Assembly (NCBI GenBank): GCA_963749915.1
Contig: CAVVOP010000026.1
Span: 1-63,272, forward strand
DNA length: 63,272 nucleotides
Source: an uncultured cyanobacterium
GTDB lineage: Bacteria > Cyanobacteriota > Cyanobacteriia > Cyanobacteriales > Cyanobacteriaceae
Direction: 5' to 3'
The notes below the pieces were generated by a model. That model saw only the letters and a program-made list of their open reading frames with translations. It did no database searches and was not told where the DNA came from. The position numbers and the translations under genes were made by a program. This document shows, piece after piece, positions 43,414 through 53,807 of the stretch. Position 1 is the stretch's first letter. Every line of letters begins with the position of its first letter.

Positions 43414-44106
43414 CTAATTACTGATAAACCAGATTAACTCTCCTTGAGGTTTAATTAGTTTACTGGGATATTGATCAGTGTCTCCCGTGTCACTAAAAAC
43501 CTGCTGTAAAGCCTCTTGTTTATTAGTGCCTGACACCAAGAAAATAACGCAATCCGCCTGATTAATCAATGGTACAGTGAAAGTTAATCTTAAACTATCC
43601 CCTTTATTCCCCACTGTAATTAGACGATCCCATACCTGTAAGGCGTGAGTATGAGGAAAAAGAGAAGCAGTATGACCATCATCCCCCATGCCTAAGAGAA
43701 TAATATCAAAAGTGGGAAAACCTGAAGTGATACCGAAAAAGTCGAGTAACTGTTGATCATGTTTTTGTGCATCCGCTTCTGGGTTATTACCAGTAGTTGG
43801 CATGGGATGAATATTCCCTGCTGGAAAATTGACTTTATCTAACCATGCTTCTCGTGCCATTTTTTCGTTACTGTCGGCATGGGTGGGCAATACATAACGT
43901 TCATCACCCCAGAATACATGAATTTTATCCCAAGGCAAATCACTCTCGGCAATAGCTTCATAAATGGGTCTAGGGGTACTTCCTCCAGCTAAGGCCATAG
44001 TACAAATATTATTCTTGGCGATCGCATTTTTAATTTTATCGATAATCAAAACCGTAGCTTGATTAATCAAAGCCGTTTTGTCGGCAACAGTATTGACTTG
44101 TGTCAT
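43414..44106 (-). CDS. pgl: 6-phosphogluconolactonase
   Basis: ALAGGSTP, WGDERYV, LLGMGDDGHTASLFP. Confidence 0.95.
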   Translation of the reverse strand: MTQVNTVADKTALINQATVLIIDKIKNAIAKNNICTMALAGGSTPRPIYEAIAESDLPWDKIHVFWGDERYVLPTHADSNEKMAREAWLDKVNFPAGNIHPMPTTGNNPEADAQKHDQQLLDFFGITSGFPTFDIILLGMGDDGHTASLFPHTHALQVWDRLITVGNKGDSLRLTFTVPLINQADCVIFLVSGTNKQEALQQVFSDTGDTDQYPSKLIKPQGELIWFISN

Positions 44107-44170
44107 GATTTATTAAATTCTCAAATAAATAGCTAAATAATCGGTATGTTATCAAACCTAAGTCCCTTAA

Positions 44171-45025
44171 TCAATTTCTCAAGGTTAAAATTTCATAACC
44201 ATCATTAGTAACTAAGACTGTATGCTCAAACTGTGCGGAAAGTTGTTTATCTGTAGTTACAACCGTCCAACGATCCTTTAAAGTACGAGTGTGTTTTTTA
44301 CCAGCATTAATAATGGGTTCAATGGCTAAAGTCATTCCCGCCTTTAATTGCACATTAGGTAAATCTCTCGTCCGAAAATTAAATACGGAAGGCTCTTCAT
44401 GTAAGTTTCGTCCTATACCATGCCCTACAAAATGCTCAACGATACAGAAACCATTTTTTTCCACGTAGTCTTGAATTGCCCCGGCTATATCCATTAAATA
44501 CTTACCAGCCTTCACCTGGTCAATACCTTTATACATAGCAGTTTCAGCGACTTTTAATAATTTTACAGTGCTTCTTTTCACTTTGCCAACGGGAAAAGTA
44601 ATGCAGGAGTCACCGTGAAAACCATTATAAAATGCGCCCGTGTCGATTTTAACTATATCCCCCATTTGAATGACTTTTTTAGGGTTAGGAATACCATGCA
44701 CAACTTCTTCGTTAACACAGGCACAAATAGAGGCGGGAAAACCATGATAACCTTTAAAACTGGGGGCTGCACCCATTTCTCTAATTCTTTTCTCGGCATA
44801 CCCATCTAAATCTGCTGTTGTCATACCGGGTTTTGTAATTTCACTAATTTCCTTTAACACAGTAGCGACAATTTTCCCCGAAACACGCATGATTTCGATT
44901 TCCGCCTCGTTTTTAATTTCAATACCTTTAGGACTTTTTTTCATGGGAGGAAGTCCTTTTGTTTTGGGGGGATTATCTCGCTTATTTCTCGTCGAATTAA
45001 ACAATAAATTTCGTAAATTTTTCAT
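44171..45025 (-). CDS. map: Methionine aminopeptidase type I
   Basis: VVHGIP, GHGIG..LHE, SAQFEHT. Confidence 0.96.
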   Translation of the reverse strand: MKNLRNLLFNSTRNKRDNPPKTKGLPPMKKSPKGIEIKNEAEIEIMRVSGKIVATVLKEISEITKPGMTTADLDGYAEKRIREMGAAPSFKGYHGFPASICACVNEEVVHGIPNPKKVIQMGDIVKIDTGAFYNGFHGDSCITFPVGKVKRSTVKLLKVAETAMYKGIDQVKAGKYLMDIAGAIQDYVEKNGFCIVEHFVGHGIGRNLHEEPSVFNFRTRDLPNVQLKAGMTLAIEPIINAGKKHTRTLKDRWTVVTTDKQLSAQFEHTVLVTNDGYEILTLRN

Positions 45026-45050
45026 TCTAATTTCTGGTTACATTTTGGTA

Positions 45051-45479
45051 TTAATTAATAGTAATTTTTCCAATCATTCCAGCTTCTTTATGACCTTTAA
45101 TGGAGCAATATAATTGATAAATTCCTTGTTTTTCGGGAATAAAAACCCAATCGGCTGTACCTTCTGGTTTTAATTCTAATTCATGAATTGCCCCTTTTAC
45201 TTCTACTTTTCCCACTTGTACTTTTTGCGTCCAGCTAGCATCAGCAAAATCTTTTGCGGTAAAATAATGTTTTTCAGGACTAGGATTATCGAGAATTAAT
45301 TTATATTTTTGTCCTGCTTTAAAATCAAATTGATTAGGAATAAACTTTAATTCTCCTTGAACATTTCCTAAGCTAACATTTACAGTTTTAATGTCATTAT
45401 TTGCCTCAACTTTTAGGCTAAAATTTAACAAAAAACTGACACATACTATAATAATAATAATAATGTTTTTTAGTTTCAT
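45051..45479 (-). CDS. Cupredoxin (plastocyanin/azurin-like) protein
   Basis: Signal peptide; HYF...CSIKGHKEAGM Cu ligands. Confidence 0.85.
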   Translation of the reverse strand: MKLKNIIIIIIVCVSFLLNFSLKVEANNDIKTVNVSLGNVQGELKFIPNQFDFKAGQKYKLILDNPSPEKHYFTAKDFADASWTQKVQVGKVEVKGAIHELELKPEGTADWVFIPEKQGIYQLYCSIKGHKEAGMIGKITIN

Positions 45480-45511
45480 TTTTTTACTTATAAATTATTA
45501 ATTCCTAATTG

Positions 45512-46384
45512 TTAAAGATATTTTTTCAATAACAATGATAATCTTTCTTTAGTGTCACTGGGCGCTTTATCTAAAGGCGTTAGAATAGCAGTTTTTAAGG
45601 CTGAATGAGCATCACTAATAAAAGGATTATTATTAATTAATTTTACCGTTTCTCTGATGACTTTTTGAGCGTTAATGGCATTTTGATGTAAATTAGAGAT
45701 AATAGTTTCAACGGTAACGTGATCATGTTCGGGATTCCAACAGTCATAGTCGGTAACTAAGGCTAGGGTAGCGTAGGCAATTTCCGCTTCTCTTGCCAGT
45801 TTGGCTTCCGTTAAATTCGTCATGCCAATAATACTCGCACCCCAACTACGATATAAATTAGACTCGGCAATGGTGGAAAATGCTGGACCTTCCATACAGA
45901 CATAAGTGCCCCCGTGATGTAAGCTGATTTTAGGGAGGTTCAAATTTTTGACGGCTTCGGCGATAACGTCTCCTAATTGGTTACAAACTGGATGACCGAA
46001 ACCGATATGTGCGACGATGCCATCTCCGAAAAAGGTTGATTGACGATTTTTTGTGCGATCGATAAACTGATCAGGTATGACAAAATCCAGAGGTTGAATG
46101 TATTGTTGGAGTGAACCAACAGCGGAAGCTGACACAATATAATCAACACCTAACTGTTTTAAGGCGTAAATATTAGCTCGAAAAGGTAATTCCGTGGGTA
46201 AAAAATGATGGCTTTTTCCATGACGGGCTAAAAAAACTACTCTAGTATTATCTAATGTGCCGGCGATCAAATTATCAGAGGGTTTACCAAAAGGGGTATT
46301 AAGGCTAATTTCTTCAATGTCTTGTAAGGCTTCCATTTTATATAAACCACTACCGCCAATAATACCGATTTTCATTGCTTCCAT
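45512..46384 (-). CDS. mtnP: S-methyl-5'-thioadenosine phosphorylase
   Basis: [26 protein letters not shown]. Confidence 0.95.
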   Translation of the reverse strand: MEAMKIGIIGGSGLYKMEALQDIEEISLNTPFGKPSDNLIAGTLDNTRVVFLARHGKSHHFLPTELPFRANIYALKQLGVDYIVSASAVGSLQQYIQPLDFVIPDQFIDRTKNRQSTFFGDGIVAHIGFGHPVCNQLGDVIAEAVKNLNLPKISLHHGGTYVCMEGPAFSTIAESNLYRSWGASIIGMTNLTEAKLAREAEIAYATLALVTDYDCWNPEHDHVTVETIISNLHQNAINAQKVIRETVKLINNNPFISDAHSALKTAILTPLDKAPSDTKERLSLLLKKYL

Positions 46385-46572
46385 TTGACTCTTTTGACTG
46401 TAAAAAATATCTTTATTTATTATACCCTAATGTGTCTTAATCATTAATCTCAAATAATCTTAGTTCGTGACAAGGTATTTAACTCTTTTTCGATGTTTTT
46501 ATAAATTCTAAAGGGTTGACTACAAACCTATTTTTCGACACTCTTATAAACCGTGAAGGGTTTTTTGTTTAC

Positions 46573-47826
46573 CTATTTATTAGGTATAAATAAAGAAAAT
46601 TGTGTTCCTTTTTCCTGCTGATTTTTTATCCAATAATAAGGGCTAGTTAAGGTTATTTTTATACCTGTTTTATCACATAGTTTCTTGACAATTGATAAAC
46701 CTAAACCACTCCCATAAATGGGACCTTGACTTTGAATACCCCGATAATGTCTCTCAAAAATATGTTGTTGATCTTCTATAGGAATACCGTAACCTGTATC
46801 GCTAATTTTGATGATTAATTCAGATTCATCTTGATTAATTTCTAATAAAATCTTACCATTTATAGGAGTATATTTAACAGCATTTTCTAATAAATTATTA
46901 AGAATTTCTCTGAGGGCTTTTTCATCGGTATAAACCAAGGATAAGTGATCATTAATCTTTGTCAATACTTGAATATTTTTTTCTTCAGCAATGGCTTTAA
47001 TACTTATAATTAAAGGGTTTACTATTTTTTGAATATCAATTTTGTCTGATTTTTTGATTTTTTCTGTTAAAAAGAAACCGGTAGATTCTGTGTCATTTAA
47101 AGCTAAAATTTCACCGTTGTTCAATCTTTCCCATTGTTGACTAAAACCAGCAATTAGGTCTTTCATGTGGTCGCTTTCTCTAACGATACTTTCAGAAATT
47201 TGATAATTGGCTTCCTTGGGTAACAGACGTTTCAGTAATAATTTAGCAAAAGTGCCAATAGCGGTGAGAGGGTTGCGCAGTTGATGTAAAAAATCGTCAA
47301 TGTGATTATTTTCTAATATCCTTAATTTTTCTAGTTGAGTTAATTTAATCTCTGTTAATTGTTGTTTTTGTTCAATAATACGGGCTAAAGTGATGGTTTT
47401 AGCGATTTCTTTTATTAGTAAAATTTCCTTTTGTTGCCAAGGTAAAGCTTTTCTTTTTGTTGCTAATAGACCTAACACTAAATCTTGATAAATCAGTGGT
47501 AAAATTAATTGATGAGGAGAACTAGAATTAGGGGTATAAGTGGTTATTTCTTGAGACTGAAAAGAACCATTTACAACGTCATTAAATGTTTCTCTTACGG
47601 ATGTTGATGGTAAAATAGGTAAAGAGTTAAATCGGGAGGAGGAAGAAGCCGAATTTGGGTACACTAAAATGGGAATTAATTTCGGCGTTTGACCATTACT
47701 GGAATTTGTCAAATAAATGGCACTTTCTTGTACTAAAAAATTATGTAAAAGTAAGTTTAATTGTGTCTCACAAAGATGGATAAATTCTTCACTAACTCTA
47801 AAATTTTCATATTCAGACATAATCAA
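46573..47826 (-). CDS. GAF-domain sensor histidine kinase, Hik2-like
   Basis: LHQLRNPLTA H-box, NLLENAVKY, DTGYGI, GSGLGL. Confidence 0.85.
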   Translation of the reverse strand: MIMSEYENFRVSEEFIHLCETQLNLLLHNFLVQESAIYLTNSSNGQTPKLIPILVYPNSASSSSRFNSLPILPSTSVRETFNDVVNGSFQSQEITTYTPNSSSPHQLILPLIYQDLVLGLLATKRKALPWQQKEILLIKEIAKTITLARIIEQKQQLTEIKLTQLEKLRILENNHIDDFLHQLRNPLTAIGTFAKLLLKRLLPKEANYQISESIVRESDHMKDLIAGFSQQWERLNNGEILALNDTESTGFFLTEKIKKSDKIDIQKIVNPLIISIKAIAEEKNIQVLTKINDHLSLVYTDEKALREILNNLLENAVKYTPINGKILLEINQDESELIIKISDTGYGIPIEDQQHIFERHYRGIQSQGPIYGSGLGLSIVKKLCDKTGIKITLTSPYYWIKNQQEKGTQFSLFIPNK

Positions 47827-47985
47827 AAATAATGATAATAATAATTATAAATGCTTTTCCTTATCATTCTTGATCTTTAGAAATTAAATCTAATTTACAC
47901 AATCTTAACAGATTAGCGATCGCCCGTTGAGAATTGAGAGAGTTCCCGGTAATATATAATTGTAATAAACAGAATCCCTTCTATT

Positions 47986-48156
47986 TTGGAATCAGCAGTC
48001 CGCAAGGATGACCTGAATCGACCAGGGTTTAATCTGCATCAATTAAAAGGGGAATATAAAGGCCGTTATGCAATATCAGTATCTGGAAACTGGCGATTAA
48101 CATTTGAGTTTCGGGATGGAGATGTGTATGTACTTGATTATGAGGATTATCATTGA
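47986..48156 (+). pseudogene. higB: HigB toxin, N-terminally truncated
   Basis: LESAVRKDDLNRPGFNLHQLKGEYKGRYAISVSGNWRLTFEFRDGDVYVLDYEDYH*; in-frame stop at 47950; TGATG overlap with higA. Confidence 0.8.
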
Positions 48157-48452
48157 TGGAAATGTATAACCCCATGCATCCTGGGGAAGTGATAAAAGAG
48201 CTATACATAGAAGCATCTGACATGAGTTTAAGAGCGGTGGCAGAGGCTTTAGGTGTATCAGCGCCAACCTTTTCCCGTCTAGTCTCAGGAAAAAGTTCAG
48301 TCAGTGTTGAAATGGCATTTAGACTAGAAAGAGTGTTAGGAGGTTCTGCAGAATCTTGGCTACAAATGCAGACTAACTATGACCTGTGGCAAACCAAGCA
48401 AAGCGATCGCTATCAGGAAATTAGAAAGCTGAAAAAGCTAGAGATTGCTTGA
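48156..48452 (+). CDS. higA: HigA antitoxin (HTH)
   Basis: HPGEVIKE, MAFRL, SAESWLQMQ.NYDLW. Confidence 0.92.
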   Translation: MEMYNPMHPGEVIKELYIEASDMSLRAVAEALGVSAPTFSRLVSGKSSVSVEMAFRLERVLGGSAESWLQMQTNYDLWQTKQSDRYQEIRKLKKLEIA

Positions 48453-48522
48453 AGGGGAAAAGCGATCGCACCACCCTCAATGTTGATTTTTAATGTATTA
48501 CGTTGTCTTTAGTACCTCCTAC

Positions 48523-48544
48523 ATAACAAGCGATCGCTTGTTAT
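48523..48544. promoter_or_regulatory. 22-bp perfect palindrome, candidate TA operator
   Basis: ATAACAAGCGATCGCTTGTTAT about 46 bp upstream of the antitoxin ATG. Confidence 0.45.
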
Positions 48545-48590
48545 TTTTGCTACAATTCTATCAACCAAAAATGTTTAGGAAAGATAATCC

Positions 48591-48851
48591 ATGACTAAAT
48601 TAATCCAAGAAACCTTTGAGCAAATTTCACGGCTTTCTCAAGAGCAACAAAATACCCTTGCAATCTATATACAAAAACATCTAGATGAATTTTTACAACA
48701 AGCTGAAAAAGAAAAACGAATTGAAGAAGGAACTTATACAATTAATGATTTAAATGAGGAAACACAACAAGCTATTAAGAATATCGAAGAACAAAAAAAC
48801 TTAACCGCTTGCGACAATAAAAATGAGCTTTATCATGAATTAGGAATTTAA
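48591..48851 (+). CDS. Antitoxin with DinJ/RelB-like C-terminus
   Basis: NEETQQAI...ELYHELGI; overlaps the toxin start (TAATG). Confidence 0.75.
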   Translation: MTKLIQETFEQISRLSQEQQNTLAIYIQKHLDEFLQQAEKEKRIEEGTYTINDLNEETQQAIKNIEEQKNLTACDNKNELYHELGI

Positions 48852-49117
48852 TGCGAACGCCCATTTTTGAAAATCGCTTCAAAAAAGACATCAAACGGCT
48901 ACAAAAACGTGGCAAAGATATGGACAAACTTAAAGCTGTGATTGACAAATTACTCGAAAATCAAGAACTAGAACCCAAATATAAAGATCACGCTATGATA
49001 GGAAATTGGAACGGATATAGAGATTGTCATATAGAACCAGACTGGCTTTTAATTTATAAAACCTCAGAAACCCATCTTTTTCTAGTGCGTTCAGGTTCAC
49101 ATTCAGATTTATTTTAA
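48851..49117 (+). CDS. yafQ: YafQ-family mRNA interferase
   Basis: FKKDIKRL, YKDH, RDCHIEPDWLLIY, RSGSHSDLF. Confidence 0.93.
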   Translation: MRTPIFENRFKKDIKRLQKRGKDMDKLKAVIDKLLENQELEPKYKDHAMIGNWNGYRDCHIEPDWLLIYKTSETHLFLVRSGSHSDLF

Positions 49118-49453
49118 TGAAATGTAGTATAATAGTCGATCTTGTAGGTTGAAGCTTGAGCGCTCAGTGCGATCGCACTACCAGATGGTGATCTCGCTTT
49201 TGTAGATACTGTATTGAAAGTCAAGAGGTTACAGCTAGAATTTTGATTGTGCATAGGAAATTTCATAGACTTTAAGAGGAGAGGCGATCGCTAACAAAGA
49301 CGGGCGATCGCCAAAAAATTAACTTTTTCCTGATTTTTGACGAAGTAATAAGCTTTTCAGCTAACGATCGCCCTAGGAGTAAAAAGGTTTCAAATGCTTA
49401 TAATGAAAGAATCATAAATTTTTGGAGATGTCTAATTGATAATTTATTAATTA

Positions 49454-50395
49454 TTAATTATTAACTCCCTTACCAAAAAACTTAGGGGGTTTAGTAGTAG
49501 TATAAACTTCCGTTTCTTTTTCAATACACTGTCTGACATAACCCGGAGTTTGTAACATTCCTAACAGGCTAATACCATCAAAAGAACGAAAATCGTGGGT
49601 GGTTTTTTGTTCTAATAAACGATCGATTTTGTCGGGATCAGGACGGGTGTCCAATGTTGATTCTGAGGCGATCGCAAAGCCCCATGACGAGCCATAAGTG
49701 CAAGTTGGGGCAAAATAAGAGTGAACGTTACTAAAGACCGCCTTAAGAGTATTTACTAAACGCCCGTGAATGTAAAGATTTGCTGGGGCGATCGGTCCTG
49801 CTTGTATTACAACAATGCCATTTTCCCGTAAAACCTGCTTTAATTGAGAAAAATATTCTTGGGTGAACAGTTGAAAAGAAGGACCTTCTTCGATGGGATC
49901 CGACAAATCAGAAATAATAATATCCCATTTTTGTTCGCTAGTATCTAAAACTTTGAAAGCATCACCAATAATTAATTCTAAACGAGGATCATCAAAAGAA
50001 CCTTGGTGCATTTCCGGTAAATGTTGACGACAGGCTTCTACTACATCCCCATCAATATCCACCATCATCGCCTTTTTAACGGCATTCCAACGGAAAACTT
50101 CCCTAGTGGTTGCACCTTCTCCTCCTCCTAAAATCAAAACATTCTCGGAATTAGGATGATTAACCATTGCTGGATGTACTAATGCTTCATGATATAAAAA
50201 CTCATCCCCGGTGCAAGATTGCCATTTACCATCTAATACTAAAGCCTTTCCATAAGCACCACTTTCCACAATATACATTTCTTGATAGGGAGTTTTCTTG
50301 TGGGCGAGAATGCTAGTGACACCGTGAACATATATATCATAGGGAGTAATGTATTCACTAATCCACACATCTGCATTTAATTGGGATCCAGCCAT
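49454..50395 (-). CDS. speE: Polyamine aminopropyltransferase
   Basis: LVLDG, YHEALVH, LILGGGEG, VDID, DLSDP. Confidence 0.9.
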   Translation of the reverse strand: MAGSQLNADVWISEYITPYDIYVHGVTSILAHKKTPYQEMYIVESGAYGKALVLDGKWQSCTGDEFLYHEALVHPAMVNHPNSENVLILGGGEGATTREVFRWNAVKKAMMVDIDGDVVEACRQHLPEMHQGSFDDPRLELIIGDAFKVLDTSEQKWDIIISDLSDPIEEGPSFQLFTQEYFSQLKQVLRENGIVVIQAGPIAPANLYIHGRLVNTLKAVFSNVHSYFAPTCTYGSSWGFAIASESTLDTRPDPDKIDRLLEQKTTHDFRSFDGISLLGMLQTPGYVRQCIEKETEVYTTTKPPKFFGKGVNN

Positions 50396-50596
50396 ATTTT
50401 ATGTTCTTCCTGATTATAGAGCAAACCTTAATGTTAACTGAAAACAGAGTTAAAAATCAACTAAAGCAAGACCTGTTCAGCAATTCTCATTTGTGATATG
50501 CTGGGAAGGTTGGGCAAATTTGCTCTGCTAAACAAGTATGAATATAAATTGTTATCGTAAAGTGCGATTCGTTAAAAGCAAAAAATAGTAATTTTT

Positions 50597-51982
50597 ATGA
50601 AAATAACTCAGGAGAAACTTCCTGCTAGTCAAATCGGTTTAGAAATCGAGATTCCTGCAGAAACATCAAAAAATACTTACGAAAAAGTTGTTAAAGAAAT
50701 AGCTAAAACCACCAATATTCCTGGCTTTCGTAAAGGAAAAGTGCCTCGTCCGATTTTATTGCAACGCTTAGGTAGTCAGAGAATAAAAGCAGCTGTTTTA
50801 GAGGAATTAATCCAAGATACTTTACAAAAAGCGATTGAAAAAGAATCCATTAATGTTTTGGGTAATTATAAATTACGCTCTGATTTTGAAGATTTAATTA
50901 ATCGATATCAACCCGGCGAAAGTTTAACTTTTCAAGCGGCAGTGGATGTGCCCCCTGAAGTCACTTTGGGACAATATAAGGGCCTGGAAGTAAAAGCGGA
51001 GGAAGTTCTTTATAATGCTGAAGATGTCGATAAATTAATTGATGAACGTCGTCAAAGATTAGCTACTTTAATCCCTGTTGAAAACCGTGGTGCACAAATG
51101 GGCGATGTTGTGGTGATTGATTTTGTAGGACGTAAACCTTGCGAAACTGAAGGGGAAGAAGGTGAGGTTATCCCCGGTACTGAAGCGAAAGAGTATCAAG
51201 TGGAATTGGGTGAGGGGAAGTTTATCCCTGGTTTTGTGGAGGGTATTGTGGGAATGGCTGTTGAGGAAACGAAAAAACTTACTTTAACTTTCCCCGAAGA
51301 TTACTCTCAAGCGAATTTAGCCGGAGAAACGGTTATTTTTACTGTCAGTCTCCAGGATTTGAAAGAGAAAGAATTACCAGAATTGGATGACGATTTTGCC
51401 CAAGAAGTGAGCGAGTTTCAGACTATGGCAGAGTTAAGAGAGTCTTTAGAAAAACAATATCGAGAAAAAGCCGCTAATGATACTAAACAAAATATTCACG
51501 GCGCCATCGTAACGGAATTGTTGAAGCATACCACTATCGATTTACCTGACACAATGTTGGAAGAAGAAGTGCAAAACATTCTTTTACAAACGGCTAATCA
51601 ACTTCAGAGTTACGGCATGGATGTTAACCAGTTTTTCACTAGAGAGACGGTAACAAAAATGCGTGAAACAGCTAAACCTGAAGCCAGTAAAAATCTTCAC
51701 ACCACCTTGATTATCGAGAAAATTGCTGAACAAGAATCTATTACCGTTGGGGATGAGGAAGTAACGGCTAAAACCATTGAAATTGAACAAACCCTCAAAG
51801 ATCGTGATGTTGATGAAATAAAATTACGTAAGTATGTCAGACATGATTTGTTAGCGGAAAAAACTCTTGATTGGTTACAAGAAAAAACTCAAGTGGAATT
51901 AGTGCCTTTTGGTAGTTTGACTAAAGAGGAAGAATCCGCTGACGAGGAAAATTCTGAGGAAGAATCTAATACTGATAGTTAA
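50597..51982 (+). CDS. tig: Trigger factor
   Basis: IPGFRKGKVP, FIPGF, FPEDY. Confidence 0.97.
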   Translation: MKITQEKLPASQIGLEIEIPAETSKNTYEKVVKEIAKTTNIPGFRKGKVPRPILLQRLGSQRIKAAVLEELIQDTLQKAIEKESINVLGNYKLRSDFEDLINRYQPGESLTFQAAVDVPPEVTLGQYKGLEVKAEEVLYNAEDVDKLIDERRQRLATLIPVENRGAQMGDVVVIDFVGRKPCETEGEEGEVIPGTEAKEYQVELGEGKFIPGFVEGIVGMAVEETKKLTLTFPEDYSQANLAGETVIFTVSLQDLKEKELPELDDDFAQEVSEFQTMAELRESLEKQYREKAANDTKQNIHGAIVTELLKHTTIDLPDTMLEEEVQNILLQTANQLQSYGMDVNQFFTRETVTKMRETAKPEASKNLHTTLIIEKIAEQESITVGDEEVTAKTIEIEQTLKDRDVDEIKLRKYVRHDLLAEKTLDWLQEKTQVELVPFGSLTKEEESADEENSEEESNTDS

Positions 51983-52095
51983 GTTTTAATTAACGAAAAT
52001 TATCCGCCAGAAACTTACATTGTTGATGTTTATAATTAAGTATCAATTAATCTAGGTTTCTATTTTTTTGTCGTTTATTAACTAGTTCTAAATTT

Positions 52096-52497
52096 ATGTT
52101 TGAAAATCAAATTTCTGAAGTAAAATATGGTGAAAGAGCCATTGAAGAAGGTAGTTTAATTACTTTCCCGAACCCCCGCCCTGGCAGAGTTTATGATGTT
52201 AGCATCACTCTCCCTGAGTTTACCTGTAAATGCCCTTTTTCTGGTTATCCTGATTTTGCCACTATATATATTAATTATTCCCCCGATGAGAAAGTAGTAG
52301 AGTTGAAAGCGATTAAACTTTATATTAACCGTTACCGCGATCGTTATATTTCTCATGAGGAATCTATTAATCAAATTTTGGATGATTTTGTTGCCGCCTG
52401 TGACCCTTTATCTATTAATGTAAAAGGCGATTTTTACCCCAGAGGTAATGTGCATACGATTATCGAGGTTAAACATACTAAATCTATCAGTAATTAG
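52096..52497 (+). CDS. queF: PreQ1 synthase
   Basis: PEFTCKCP..GYPDFA, VELKAIK, SHE. Confidence 0.96.
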   Translation: MFENQISEVKYGERAIEEGSLITFPNPRPGRVYDVSITLPEFTCKCPFSGYPDFATIYINYSPDEKVVELKAIKLYINRYRDRYISHEESINQILDDFVAACDPLSINVKGDFYPRGNVHTIIEVKHTKSISN

Positions 52498-52570
52498 CTT
52501 AGGGTTTTCATAATATTAAGTCCTTATCCGCTGATTTAATCTAGGGTAATTATCCATTATCAAACCCTAA

Positions 52571-53668
52571 TTAATTATACATTTTCCATCGCCATTTATT
52601 GAGAGTTTTTTCGCCGATAGTGGCAAGGGTTTCTAACTCGGCAATTCGCAACTCTAACTCACGAATAGTGATTTCTTGTTGCCCTTTAATATTAGTTAAT
52701 TTACTGACAAGAGAACGTTGATTCTGTTCATAATTAGAACGGACTTGATTTTTTTCTATTTCTAATTTTTGAATGGTTTGCGTTTGTATATTTATTTTTT
52801 TCTGTAACTGGAGAATGATATTTTTTTGTTTAGATAACTCTTGATTAAGAGAATCAGTAAAATTATTTTTTGCTGTCAATTCTGCTTGTAAATTATTATG
52901 TCGAACTTGAGTTTGTTGTAACTGTTTTTCAACATCATTTAATTTATTTTGTAATAATTTATCCTTATTATTGGCTTCAGATATTTGCTTTTCAAAAAGG
53001 TTAATTTTGTGGTTCAATTTCCCAATCACTGTCGTTTTACTATCTAATAACTGGGTTAACTCATCTTCTTTGGTTTTTAGAGTCAAATGTAGTTCATCTA
53101 GTTGTCGTTTTAACTCCTTTAATTGTGTCTCTTTTTCCCCTAATTTTTGCTCAAGAGATGTCAATTCATTCTTATTTTTATTATTTTCTTCCTTCTGGTT
53201 TAACTCGGATTCTAATGACTTAAGTCTAGCTAATTTTGCCTCTAATTCTTTAGTTAGTGACTCGTTGACTTGATTTTTTTCTGCCACTAATTTTTCTTGT
53301 ATAACAACTTGTTTTTCTAAACTTTCAATATGTTGTTTCTGTTGCTCTAATTCTTGACGAATTACATTATTAGCATTTTCACTGTTTGCCTGATCATCCT
53401 CTTGAGAAACCTTATTTTCCTCATCATTTTCCCTTAATTCCCTCGTTAAAGAATCAGCTTCTCCAGTGATTTTGAGCGTTTTATGCGCATGATGACCAGA
53501 AATGGAAATAGTACCACTTAAAATACTTTCAAATAAAGCTGATTTAGTTAAACCTGTTTGTTTAATAAGAGTCTCCAAGGTTTCCGTTGCTTTACTGGTA
53601 AGAGACAAATTTACTTTTGATTTAGGAGTCATTAAACCAGTGGTTGTTCCAGTTTTTCTTCTAGTCAT
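52571..53668 (-). CDS. Ribbon-helix-helix-like plus long coiled-coil protein
   Basis: KVNLSLT..A.E.LE.L..QTGLTKS.LFE followed by heptad-rich E/K/Q sequence. Confidence 0.7.
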   Translation of the reverse strand: MTRRKTGTTTGLMTPKSKVNLSLTSKATETLETLIKQTGLTKSALFESILSGTISISGHHAHKTLKITGEADSLTRELRENDEENKVSQEDDQANSENANNVIRQELEQQKQHIESLEKQVVIQEKLVAEKNQVNESLTKELEAKLARLKSLESELNQKEENNKNKNELTSLEQKLGEKETQLKELKRQLDELHLTLKTKEDELTQLLDSKTTVIGKLNHKINLFEKQISEANNKDKLLQNKLNDVEKQLQQTQVRHNNLQAELTAKNNFTDSLNQELSKQKNIILQLQKKINIQTQTIQKLEIEKNQVRSNYEQNQRSLVSKLTNIKGQQEITIRELELRIAELETLATIGEKTLNKWRWKMYN

Positions 53669-53807
53669 ATAATATTAATCCTCTGAAAATATGATGAGAT
53701 TTTATATATTCAGAATATGTTATTATATAACACTTTTTTTTGACTAATAATGCAATAAAACTTTATAAATTCTCAAACTATTACCTGATTACTTTCTGGG
53801 GTTTCGC

